Positions 48,618 through 59,284 of a DNA stretch of 64,000 nt are shown here, piece after piece. Numbering within the stretch: the first letter of the stretch is position 1; every line of letters begins with the position of its first letter. Under the pieces are notes generated by a model, which ran no database searches, was not told where the DNA came from, and saw only the letters and a program-made list of their open reading frames with translations. This DNA is from Mobula hypostoma (taxonomy: Eukaryota), in the NCBI RefSeq assembly GCF_963921235.1, contig NC_086097.1, positions 115,756,001-115,820,000 on the forward strand, in the 5' to 3' direction. The translations under genes were made by a program, and so were the position numbers.

Positions 48618-51240
48618 ACACAAAATTCTGGAGGAACTCAGCAGGCCAGTCAGCATCTATGGAAAAGAGCAAACAATGGCCGAGACCCTTCATCAGGGCT
48701 GGAGAAAAGAGATTAGAAGTCAGAGTAAGAAGTTGGGGGGGGGCGCGGGGAGGGAGGAAGAAGCACAAGGTAGTCAGTGATAGGTGAAACCTGGAGAGGT
48801 GAAGCAAAGACTTGGGAAGTTGATTGGTGAAAGACATAAAGGGCTGAAAGAGTAGAAATCTGATTGGAGAGTACAGTAGGTCTTGAAGAAAGGGGAGGGG
48901 GAGAAGCATCAGAGGGAGGTGATGGGCAGGTAAGGAGATACGGTGAGAGAGGGAAATGGGAGTAGGGGGCATTACTGGAAGTTTGAAAAATTTAAGTTTA
49001 TGCCATCAGGTTGGAAGCTACCCAGACGGAATTCAAGGTTTTGCTCCTATATCCTGAGTTTGGCCACATTGTGACAGTAGAGGAGGCCATAGACTGATAT
49101 GTCAGAATGGGGAATGGGAAGTAGAATTGAAATGGGTGACCAATGGGAGATATGGATTTTTCTGTCAGATGGAGCGTAGGTGCTCAGTAAAGTGGTCTCC
49201 CAATCTATGCCTGGTCTCATTGATATACAGGAGGCCAGACCAGGAACACTGGGTACAGTAGATGACAGCAGCAGACTTACAGGTGAAGCGTCATTTCACC
49301 TGGAAGGACTGTTTTGGGCTCTGAATGGTGATGAGTGAGGGCATGTAACGGGAGGTGTGGCACTTTTCCATTTGCAAGGATAAGTGCCCAGAGGGAAATC
49401 AGTGGGAAGGGACGAATGGATAAGGGAGTTGCATAGGGAGAAGGAGATGGCGGAAGTTACAAAGAATGATGTGCTGGATGCAGAGCTTGATGGGGTGGTA
49501 GGTGAAGACAAGAAGAACCCTACCCCTGGTGGGATTGCGGGTAAATGGGGTGAGGGCAGAAATGTGTAAAATGGAAGAGATGCGTGTGAGGGCAGCATTG
49601 ATGGTGGAAGAAGGGAAGCGCCTTTCTTTGAAGGAGTGTATCTCATTAGTTCTGGAATGAAAAGCCTCATCCTGAGAGCAGATGTGATGGAGATGGAGGA
49701 ATTCAGAGTAGGGGATGGCATTTTTACTAGTGACAGGTTGGGAAGAGATATTGTCCAAGTAGCTGTGAGAATCAGTGGGTTATTAAAAGATACCAGTGGA
49801 TAAACTGTTTCCTGCGATAGAGACAGAGAGATTGAGAAAGGGGAGGGAGGTGTCAGAAATGGACCAGGTAAATTTGAGGGCAGGGTGGAAGTTGGAGGTA
49901 AAGTTGATGAAGCCAGGAAGCAGCACCAATGCAGTCATCAATGTAGCGTAAGTAAAGTTGGGGAGTGATACCTCTGTAAGATTATAACGTAGACTGTTCC
50001 ACGTGGCCGACAAAAAGGCAGGCATAGCTGGGAGCCATGCAAGTGCTTCTATACCTCTTGTTTGAAGGAAGTGGAAGGAGCCAAAGGAGAAACTATTGAG
50101 AGTGAGGACCTTGACAACAGTGGAGAGTGGTGATGGAGGGGAACTGGTTGGGTCTGGTGTCCAGAAAGAAGCAGAGAGCTTTGGGGCCTTCCTGATGGGG
50201 GATGGAGGTGTATAGGGACTGGATTTCCATAGGTGAAAATGTGATGATGAGGTCCGGGGAACTTGAAGTCATTGAAAAGATGAAGAGTGTGTGAAGCGTT
50301 ACAGATGTCAGTTGGAAGAGACTGAATCAGGGGGATAAAACAGCAGGGGGACAAAGGTGAGGCCCATGCTGAGGACAGAATGTTCTGCCTCAGAGAGAGG
50401 AAGGTCAGAGGGGATTGTGAAGACCTGGCACGGATGAGAGCATGGATCAGAGGAGGGAAGAGGGTTAGCAGTGTTTGAGGAGAGGAGGGAGTTGGATGGT
50501 CAGCTAAGATAGGGTGAGAGGAAGATGGGAGTCTTTGAGGACTCAAGAGCGGGCAATGAGACCTGAGAGATACGGGACTGCAGAGTGGTGGTAAGGGAAG
50601 GGAAGACTGGGGTTCCAATGGCAGCATGTGGAGTCCTGGCCTGGAGGTGCTGTCAGTCAAGGTCCAGCTTGGAGACGGGGTTGGAAGTTAAGCAATAGGC
50701 ACTTGGAACGTGTCCAATGTTGGTGCAACCCACATTGATGGCAGTGGAGTCCATGTTCTGAATCTGCTCGAGATCGTGAGAACCAATGAGGTCCACAGCA
50801 GAAATCATGATCTGGGGCTACTTATGCCTGCCTGTGATGAAGAAGGTAGGTTCTGCAGTCTGTAGATGGGTGATCTTCCACTCCTTGCTGGTTGTGAGAA
50901 ATGAGAAGAACAGGTGATTGAAAGTGTTGATCCAACAGAGGATAAAGTAGCATGCAGGTGGATTTCAGGTGGCGGAGAGAGAATCCCAGAGTTGTGGAAG
51001 TGATTGGGATAGGGTCCCCTGGCACCTCCTCATAGCGGAATGTCTAGAGCATATAATGCAGTAGGACAAGGAGTGGGAGAAGCAGTCGATTCAATGCGAG
51101 TACCTGGGGTCTTCAGACGGTCCAAATCGAGAAGCTTGGAAACTGATATGGAAGCCATGTGGCACAAGATGGCAGCGAAGACATTTTCCCAGGCAGGATA
51201 CAAGGCTGAAGTAGTAGGTCTTGCTGATTCTTTTATTTGA
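48618..51240 (-). mobile_element. Near full-length decayed Penelope-like retroelement (RT + GIY-YIG endonuclease + pLTR)
   Basis: Minus strand: PSYACLFVG near 50005-50035, LRYIDDCIGA at 49922-49951, Cys-rich linker GTYPCK, VIYC...LLYINETRHRLGDHFTEH at 49180-49267; pLTR 48618-48990. Confidence 0.9.
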
Positions 51241-53473
51241 AAATCCTAAGTGATATGTTAAGAGCAAAAGGATCATAAGGGACAAAATTGGTCTTCTAGA
51301 AGATCAGAATGGTAATCTCTATGTGGAGTCAAAAAAGATAGGGGAGATTTTAAATCAATTTTTTTCTATTGGTATTTACTCAGGAGACAGACACAGAATC
51401 TATAACAGTGAGACAAAGTAGCAACTAGTTCATGAACCCTATAATGATTACAGAGAAGGAGATATAATCTGTCTTGAGACAAATTACAGTGGATAAATTC
51501 CCTGGGACTGACAAGGTATTCCCTTAGAACCTGCAAGAAGCAGGTTCAGAAATTGCAGTGGGCCTTGCAGAGATATTTAAGTCATTCTTAGTGATCAGTG
51601 AGGTGCCAAAGGATTGGAGGAGAACTAATGTTGTTTTGTTATTTTAAAAAGGCTCTAAAATACACCAGGAAATGATAGGCCGGTGAGCCTATATTTGGAT
51701 AAACAGGGACGGATTAGGGATAGTCAACATGGCCTTGTGTGTGGTCGGTCATGTGTAAACAATCTTTTACAAGTTTTTCAAGGAAATTACTAGGAAAGTT
51801 GACAAAGGCAATGCAGTGGATATTGTCTACATGGACTTTAGCAAGGCACTTGACAAGGTCCTGTATGGGAAGTTGGTCAAGAAGGCTCACTCACTTGATA
51901 TTGGAGATGAGGTAGTAAAGTAGATTAAACATTGGCTTTGTGAGAGAAGCTGGAATGTGGTAGTAGATGGTTTCCCCTCTGACTGGAGGCCTGTGACTAG
52001 TAGAGACTGTGCTGCAGGGATCAGTGCTGGGCCCATTGTTGTTTGTCATCTATATCAATGATCTGGATGGATAATGTGGTTAAGCAAATTTGTGGATGAC
52101 ACCAAGATTGGGAGTGTAGTGGACAGTAAGGAAGACTATCAGAACTTGCAGCAGGTTCTGGACCAGCTGGAAAAATGGGTTGAAAAATGGCCAATGGAAT
52201 ATCATGAACCAAATGTGATGTTTTGCACCTTAGTAGGACCAACCAAGGTACTTCCTACACAGTGCCTTACATAGGACACTGAGGAATGCAGTAAAACAGA
52301 GGGATTTGGGAATACAAGACCATAAAAGTGGTTTCACAGGGATATGGGATCATAAAGAAAGCTTTTGGCACATTGGCTTTCATAAATCAAAGTATTGAAT
52401 ACAGGAGATGGGATGTTATGTTCAACTTGTATAAGATGTTGGTGAGGAATAGTTTGGAGTATCGTGTGCAGTCTGGTCACTTACCTACAGGATGAACCAG
52501 ACCTGGTGGCATCGAGATTCATCGTCACCGAGGAGGACGTTAGAAGGGCCTTCCTGAAGATAAATCCAAGGATGGCGACGGGCCCAGATGGCGTCCAGGG
52601 ATGGGTTCTCCAGGCCTGTGCAAGCCAGCTAGCTGGAGTGTTTGCTGACATCTTCAGCTGCTCCTTGCTTCAGTGTAAGATCCCCTCGTGTTTTAAGAAG
52701 GCAACAGATAATCCCAGTGCTGAAGAAGAGCAAGGTGGCATGCCTGAATGACTGTCGACCTGTGGCTCTGACATCAACTGCTATAAAGTGCTTCGAGCGA
52801 TTAGTTATGGCACACATCAACCACAGCCTACCAGTCAACCTCGACGCTTTGCAATTTGCCTACCGGAGCAACAGGTCACGGCAGATGCTATCTCTCTGGC
52901 CCTACATTCCTCCTTAGAACACCTGGAGAATAAAGACGCATACGTAAGGCTCCTTTTCATTGACTACAGCTCTGCCTTTAATACCATTATTCCAAATAAA
53001 CTGATTTCTAAGCTCCAGAACCTGGGCCTTAGCACTCAGATCTGCAGCTAGATCTTCAACTTCCTCACAGACAGGATCCAGCCTGTAAAAATAAGGGACA
53101 AGCTCTCCTCTACAATCACTCTGAACACTGGTGCCCCACAAGGCTGTGTACTCAGCCCCATGCTGTACTCACTGTACACCCATGATTGTGTAGACAAGTT
53201 TCCATCAAACTCAATATATAAGTTTGCTGATGACACAACAATTGTAGGCCGTATCTCGGGTAATGATGAGTTTGAGTACAGAGAGGAAATTAAGAACCTG
53301 GTGGCATGGTGCGAAGACAATAACCTATCCCTCAACGTCAGCAAGACGAAGGAATTGGTTATTGACTTCAGAAGGAGTAGCGGACTGCATGACCCAATTT
53401 ACATCGGTGGTGCGCAAGTGGAACAGGTCAAAAGCTTTAAGTTCCTCGGGGCCAATATCACAAATGACCTAAC

Positions 53474-54984
53474 GTATAACCATATAAGCATATAACAATT
53501 ACAGCACAGAAACAGGCCATCTCGACCCTTCTAGTCCATGCTGAACTCTTATTCTCACCTAGTCCCACCGACCTGCACTCAACCCATAACCCTCCATTCC
53601 TTTCTTGTCCATACATCTATCCAATTTAACTTTAAATGACAACATCGAACCTGCCTCAACCACTTTTGCTGGAAGCTCATTCCACACAGCTTCCACTCTC
53701 TGAGTAAAGAAGTTCCCCCTCATGTTACCCCTAAACTTTTGCCCTCTAACTCTCAACTCATGTCCTCTTGTTTGAATCTCCCCCATTCTCAATGGAAAAA
53801 GCCTATCCAAATCAACTCTATCTATCCCCCTCATAATTTTAAACACCTCTATCAAGTCCCCCCTCAACCGTCTACACTCCAAAGAATAAAGACAACTTGT
53901 TCAACCTTTCTCTGTAACTTAGGAGATGAAACCCAGGCAACATTTTAGTAAACCTCCTCTGTACTGTCTCAATTTTATTGACATCTCTCCTATAATTCGG
54001 TGACCAGAACTGTATACGATACTCCAAATTTGACCTTACCAATGCCTTATACAATTTCAACATTACATCCAAACTCCTATATTCAGTGCTCTGATTAATA
54101 AAGGCCAGCATACCAAAAGCTTTCTTCACCACCCTATCCACATGAGATTCCACCTTCAGGGAACTATGCACCATTATTCCTAGATCCCTCTGTTCTACAA
54201 CATTGTTCAGTGCCCTACCACTTACCATGTATGCCCTATTTTGTTTAGTCCTACCAAAATGTAGCACCTCACATTTTTCAGCATTAAACTCCATCTGCCA
54301 TCTTTCAGTCCACTCTTCCTACTGGCTTAAATCTCTCGGCAAGCTTTGAAAACCTACTTCATCATCCACAGCGCCACCTATTTTAGTGTCATCTGCAGAC
54401 TTACTTATCCAATTTACCACCCCTTCATCCATGTTGCAGCAGAGTTAGTACTTTATTCCGAATAAAAGAGACGGAGACTCTTTGGGCTCACTTCGTAGCA
54501 AAGTCCTTTTATTGTCGTGATGATCACGGACAGCCATCCCTCACAATGGAGCGGCGGGCTCTGACCGGACGCATAAGCAAGTTGAGCTTTTATACAGATA
54601 AATGAGACAGTTCTACGTAAAGAGAGATGATTACTTCTTAGAATATGTCTAGTCTGCAGTTGATGATAAAGCAGATAGTGTTACAATTCTTGTAAGAACA
54701 TTGCTTTAACAGAAATAAATTGTTAACACCTTTGCAAACTCAAATGCATCAAAGGGAGCTCTTAGCAGCGAGCAAAGAAGAGCTGCTAATGCAGAATTTT
54801 CCAGTTACCACAATGCAGATCATTAATATATATGACAAACAACATTGGACCCAGTACAGATCCCTGAGGCACACCGCTACACACCGTTCTCCAATCTGAC
54901 ACACAGTTATCCACCACTACTCTCTGGTGTCTCCCATCTAGCCACTGCTGAATCCATTTTACTACTTCAATATTAATGCCTAAC
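53474..54984 (-). mobile_element. CR1 3' portion (third subfamily, (GTTATATG)n tail) inserted in the Rex1-like LINE
   Basis: ORFs 53559-53882 and 53872-54294 are CR1 C-terminus; RT continues to 54984 across the solo LTR. Confidence 0.9.
54432..54812 (-). mobile_element. Solo LTR (381 bp), ERV- or LTR-retrotransposon-like
   Basis: TG...CA termini; 5-bp TSD atcca / atgca; cleanly interrupts the CR1; minus-strand TATAAAA (54588-54594) upstream of AATAAA (54508-54513). Confidence 0.8.
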
Positions 54985-56308
54985 TAATTGGACTTGGTCC
55001 AACCAAGCAGAGTCCACTGCCAAGAAGGCCCACCAGTGCCTTTACTTCCTGAGAAAATTAAAGAAATTTGGCCTGTCCCCTAAAACCCTCACTAATTTTT
55101 ATAGATGCACCGTAGAAAGCATTCTTCTAGGGTGCATCACAACTTGGTATGGAAGATGTCCTGTCCAAGACCGAAAGAAGCTGCAGAAGATTGTGAACAT
55201 GGCACAGCACATCACACAAACCAATCTCCCATCCTTGGACTCACTTTATACTGCACGCTGTCGGAGCAGTGCTGCAGGATAATCTAGGACACGACCCACC
55301 CAGCCAACACACTTTTCATCCCTCTTCCCTCCAGGAGAAGGCTCAGGAGCTTGAAGACTCATACGGCCAGATTTGGGAACAGCTTCTTTCCAACTGTGAT
55401 AAGACTGCTGAACGGATCCTGACCCAGATCTGGGCCGTACCCTCCAAATATCCGGACTTGCCTCTCAGTTTTTTTTGCACTACCTTACTTTCCATTTTTC
55501 TATTTTCTATTTATGATTTATAATTTAATTTTTTAATATTTACTATCAATTTGTAATCCAGGGAGTGGGAAGCGCAGAATCAAATATGGCTGTGATGATT
55601 GTATGTTCTAGTATCAATTGTTTGGTGACAGTAAAGTATAAAATATAAAATATAAAGTACAAGGATGGCAGAAGTCTGGAGCCTCAATGGTCCCGGTGTA
55701 CATCAATGGGACCTGGTAGCTTAAATGGTTTGGCATGGACTAGATCAACCAAGGGCTTGTTCCTTTGTTGTACTTTTCTATGACTCAATGACATGTCAAG
55801 GGTAAAATAGTGTTAAATGAAAATGCCATACTCAAGTTTTACAAAACCTGTCCGATTCTGTGTACCGTCTGTGATAAAGGAGCCAGTAAGCTAGATCGTA
55901 TGGAGATTGAAGGAATTCTCTCCAAGGTTGAGTTCAGCCCATGGGCAAAACCAGTGGTCCCATTTGCCGAGAAGCATGGTTCTGTCAAGATCTGTGATGA
56001 TGTTAAGGTCAACATCAAGCCGGTAATGAAAGTAGGTGAATACCCTCTGTCTAGGATAAAGGATATCTTTGCAATGCTTTCTGGCAGAAAATACTTCAGC
56101 AAAGTTGACATAGCTGAGGCCTACCTCCAGATGGAGATGGAAGAAGATTCCAGTGTGTTTCTCACCATAAGCACTCACAAAGGGGTTTATCGCTACAATA
56201 GATTTATTTTTTGGAGTAGCATCTGCAGTTGCGCTCGGCAGAAAGCTACGGACCAGGTCCTGCAAAGCTGTCCAGGCACTCCGTATTACCTGAATAACAT
56301 AATTGCTT

Positions 56309-56666
56309 CTTTTTTTTGGCATGTGCCTGCATGCGTGCGAGTCTGTGCGTGTGTGTCTGCGTGTGCATGTGTGCACGTCTGTGCAGTTGCGTCTGCGTGT
56401 CTGTGCGTGGCTCCATGCTTGCATCCGTGATGATGTCTTTTTCATGGCCTTTACAAGGCGCGGAGCAAGAGAGAGACTGAGTGACGTGCCATTCCTCACA
56501 CAGACATTTTGCAGTATTTTCCCTTAATCTTACCAGGTCGTCTTGCATTCTCGACATGCAAATTGGCACAGATGGAAAGTGTACTCGGAGGGGGACCCGA
56601 CTAGTTTCGAACCCAGGAACCTCTGCTCCCGGGTCCGGCGCAGATGTCATTGCACCACCAGCCGGT
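56309..56666 (-). mobile_element. tRNA-derived SINE with GCAC/GT-rich tail inserted at the Gypsy YxDD codons
   Basis: Minus-strand head ccggctggtggtgcaatg (A-box-like) and gggttcgaaac (B-box); short A tail; degenerate TSD aataacataattgct / aatatcatattttct. Confidence 0.8.
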
Positions 56667-57186
56667 TCAATATCATATTTTCTGATAAAGAAGATAAGGA
56701 CCATCTCCAAAGTCTCAAGGTGGTGTAAAAAAGATTATAAGATTATGGCTCAGAGCACACTGCAAAAAGATTGAATTCTTTAAACCAAGCATCACTTACT
56801 GTGGTCACACCATTGTTACACAAGAATTACACAAGTGTGCTGAGGAAATTCAAGCAGTAGTGGATGCCACAAAGCCAAAAGGCATGTCACAGGTCCAGTC
56901 CTTTTAAGGATTTGTCAATTACTATAACAGGTTCCTGGCAAAACCAATTACTGTGCATCATCCTGTGAACTCATTACTGCAGATCAGGAAGAAACAGCAA
57001 TGGAGAAAGCAGTGTGAGGTGGATTTCCAAAAGGCAAAGTAAATGGTGTGTCAAACATTGTATTCACACATTATGTTCAACTTCATCCAGTGAAGCTTGC
57101 CAGTGATCCCTCTCCTTATGGTCTAGGTGCAGTCATGTCACATATTATGAGTGATGGAAGTGAACACCCTATATCCTTTGTATTAA

Positions 57187-57788
57187 GCTCCAAAGGTAGT
57201 CATAGCCGAAGGGTGGTAGTAGGGATGAGCTCCCACTGCTAAACAAATGCTCTTCATGGCGTGCATCTCAAACAGCCTCTGACAACCAAGTCCAACTCCT
57301 GGCCTTCACGTGTGGCATAGTTCTTATGCTGGGCAGAGCTGTTCTCACTGACAGGAGAACGGGCAAAGGCAGGCCACTGGCGCCTTAAAACCAGTTGCTC
57401 CGGCAGATGGGGCTCGTTAACCACGGATGGTAGCTCATCTAGGAGAGGGAAAACTCCGATTTCAAACCTCCGCTGCCTTGCGGCTATACCTGTTCACAGA
57501 AAGGCTTTGGGAGTAAACCCCGAGGAAAAACCCAGAGCCCGGCACCGGCACGGCAACTCCTGCGATGCTGCTGGCACCAAACTGTATCGACTTTCGTTGT
57601 TCCTTTGGACCTGTCATCAGCATGGAGAAGGGGGTCCCACTGCATGGGCAACAGACGGATCTCCATATCAACTCTGCCCTGGCTTCCTGGCTTGCATCCT
57701 GGAAAAGCTACTCCAGCTTTGCTTACCAGAGGCGCAGTACCCATGGTCGACCATGGCCGACGGAGGCCACACACACACACACACACAC
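57187..57788 (+). mobile_element. Non-coding RTE-related retroposon with (CA)n tail inserted in Gypsy RNase H
   Basis: Interrupts HPISF..|RSL..AQIDKEAL; GC-rich, structured; motifs shared with 30577-30965. Confidence 0.65.
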
Positions 57789-58780
57789 GTTCCCTTATAG
57801 CTGCAGGAAACAATCATGCACAGATTGACAAAGAGGCCTTGAGTCTGTTTTGGGGTGTAAAGTGTTTCAACCAGTACCTATATAGGATAAAGTTTATCAT
57901 CATTACTGATCATCAACCACTGGTGTCCATTTTCAATCCACTGAAGTGTGTTTCACTAAAAGTAGTAGCATGAATTCTTTCACCATCACTGGGAAAGGCC
58001 TTCATTGCCCTGGTAGAGAATTCATGTGAATTCTGCTGGACTGTTCATGGGAACTAACTTCTAGGTAGTAGTAGATACAGCTACGGAGTTGCCAGAAGTT
58101 TTCCCAATAACCTCCTCTACAGCCTCACACGCTGTGGATATGTTGAGAAGCTTCTTCTCAAGGACAGGTATTCCAGAACACTTAGCTAGTGACAATGAAC
58201 CACAGTTCATTAAGGAACAGGTTCAGCCACTCCTGAAAATGAGTGGAATAAGACATGTTACTGCTGCACCATCTACGAGTGGCTTTGTGAAAAGGTTTGT
58301 ACAGAGTCTAACGAACGCATAGCGAACAATGTCAGGATAACGCACAGCACTGAATCAACTTCCTCCTTGTATGAAAACAATCATGCACAGATTGACAAAG
58401 AGGCCTACTTCCTCCTTCCTATGTCACAATGCAGTGCAATCCACAACCAACATCTCACTAACCATGCTTTTCCTGGTTGTTCCTTGGATCTCCTCAAACT
58501 TAATCTCAGAAGGACTATGTAGGATAAACAGCTGAGACAAATTGAGGTCTTCTCAAATGAAGAGGTTCAATGTTTCACGTCATGGTGAGGAACTATACAG
58601 ATGATCTTGAAAAGATTAAGGACAGAACTGGACCACTCTCTTACACAGTGGATTTTGCATCAGATGTCATCTAGAGCTGTCAGAACCACTTCCTGCAGTC
58701 CCAGAGTCAATTTCTACTACCATCACGGAGGATACCCAAGAAAATGAGATTGTTTCACAGCCACACGTCTCATCTGCCAA

Positions 58781-58916
58781 CGTGAAAGGCATACATCATT
58801 ATGCCACCATGTCATATGTGAGTGCCTCATTAAAAAAAGAAAAAAAAATGAAGTAGAACCATATCCCAGCTCCTGCGTTTTCTTTTGATTAGGTTCTGGA
58901 AGTACAAAACACAACA
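58781..58916 (+). repeat. Gypsy 3' LTR (5' half and PPT deleted)
   Basis: catcattatgccacca...tatcccagct...tacaaaacacaaca matches the end of the 5' LTR. Confidence 0.8.
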
Positions 58917-59019
58917 CTAATCACTTTTGCCTTCTAGGGTATTGGATTCTAAAGATTCACCTTTGCACACCTGCAAAATCTTAAGTACTTCCCTTTAAGG
59001 AGCATAATGTGGGTCTCTC

Positions 59020-59282
59020 TGGACAGTTGCATCTCCATCCCCTTCTTTACTGCTTCCCCCTCCTGGTTTCACCTATCATCTGCTACCTTGTATTTATTTT
59101 TCGCTCCCCCCACTCCCACCTTTCTACTGTGTCTTCTCCTCTTTCTTTCTCCAGTATTAATGAAGGATTTTGGTCCAAAATTTTGACTGTTTACTCTTTT
59201 CCATAGATGCTGCTTGGTCTGCTGAGTTCCTCCTGCATTTTGTGCTTGTTGTTTGGGTTTTCTGCAGACTTTCTCTTGTTTA
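59020..59282 (+). mobile_element. Penelope-like pLTR fragment
   Basis: Terminus gatgctgcttggtctgctgagttcctcctgcattttgtg; decayed hammerhead at 59152-59189. Confidence 0.75.
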
Positions 59283-59284
59283 TA

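Larger units (their letters stand above)
52495..55657 (+). mobile_element. Rex1/Babar-like LINE RT and 3' end, in two pieces (52495-53473, 54991-55657)
   Basis: [53 protein letters not shown]; frame resumes ND|LTWS; (aaatata)n tail; possible TSD tacaggatg / tacaaggatg. Confidence 0.9.
47671..55792 (+). mobile_element. Degraded CR1 ORF2 in three pieces (47671-48617, 51240-52494, 55658-55792)
   Basis: DILAISETWL, VALIVRE, CDFNFP (APE); frame resumes at ENPK after the PLE; YMDFSKA, KFVDDTK; 3' UTR with ctatgactcaatgac tail. Confidence 0.85.
55793..58700 (+). pseudogene. Gypsy pol remnant (RT, RNase H, integrase), interrupted twice
   Basis: VEFSPWAKPVVP, YPLSRIKDIF, FSKVDIAEAYLQ, YLNN (decayed YxDD), LASDPSPYGLGAVMSH, AQIDKEAL, TDHQPL, GIPEHLASDNEPQF. 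Confidence 0.88.
46411..58916 (+). mobile_element. Decayed Gypsy/Ty3 LTR retrotransposon carrying multiple nested insertions
   Basis: TG..CA 5' LTR 46411-46654, PBS-like gtggtaatgagga, gag start near 46830, RT/RNaseH/IN remnants 55793-58700, partial 3' LTR 58781-58916, TSD ctaac / ctaat. Confidence 0.88.

Noticed and set aside
55810..56430. 206-aa ORF as an intact or domesticated Gypsy RT gene
   Set aside because: YxDD is mutated to YLNN, a frameshift precedes it, and the C-terminus is SINE microsatellite.
56595..56666. Possible tRNA gene
   Set aside because: A/B boxes are present but no full cloverleaf; it continues into a SINE body and tail.
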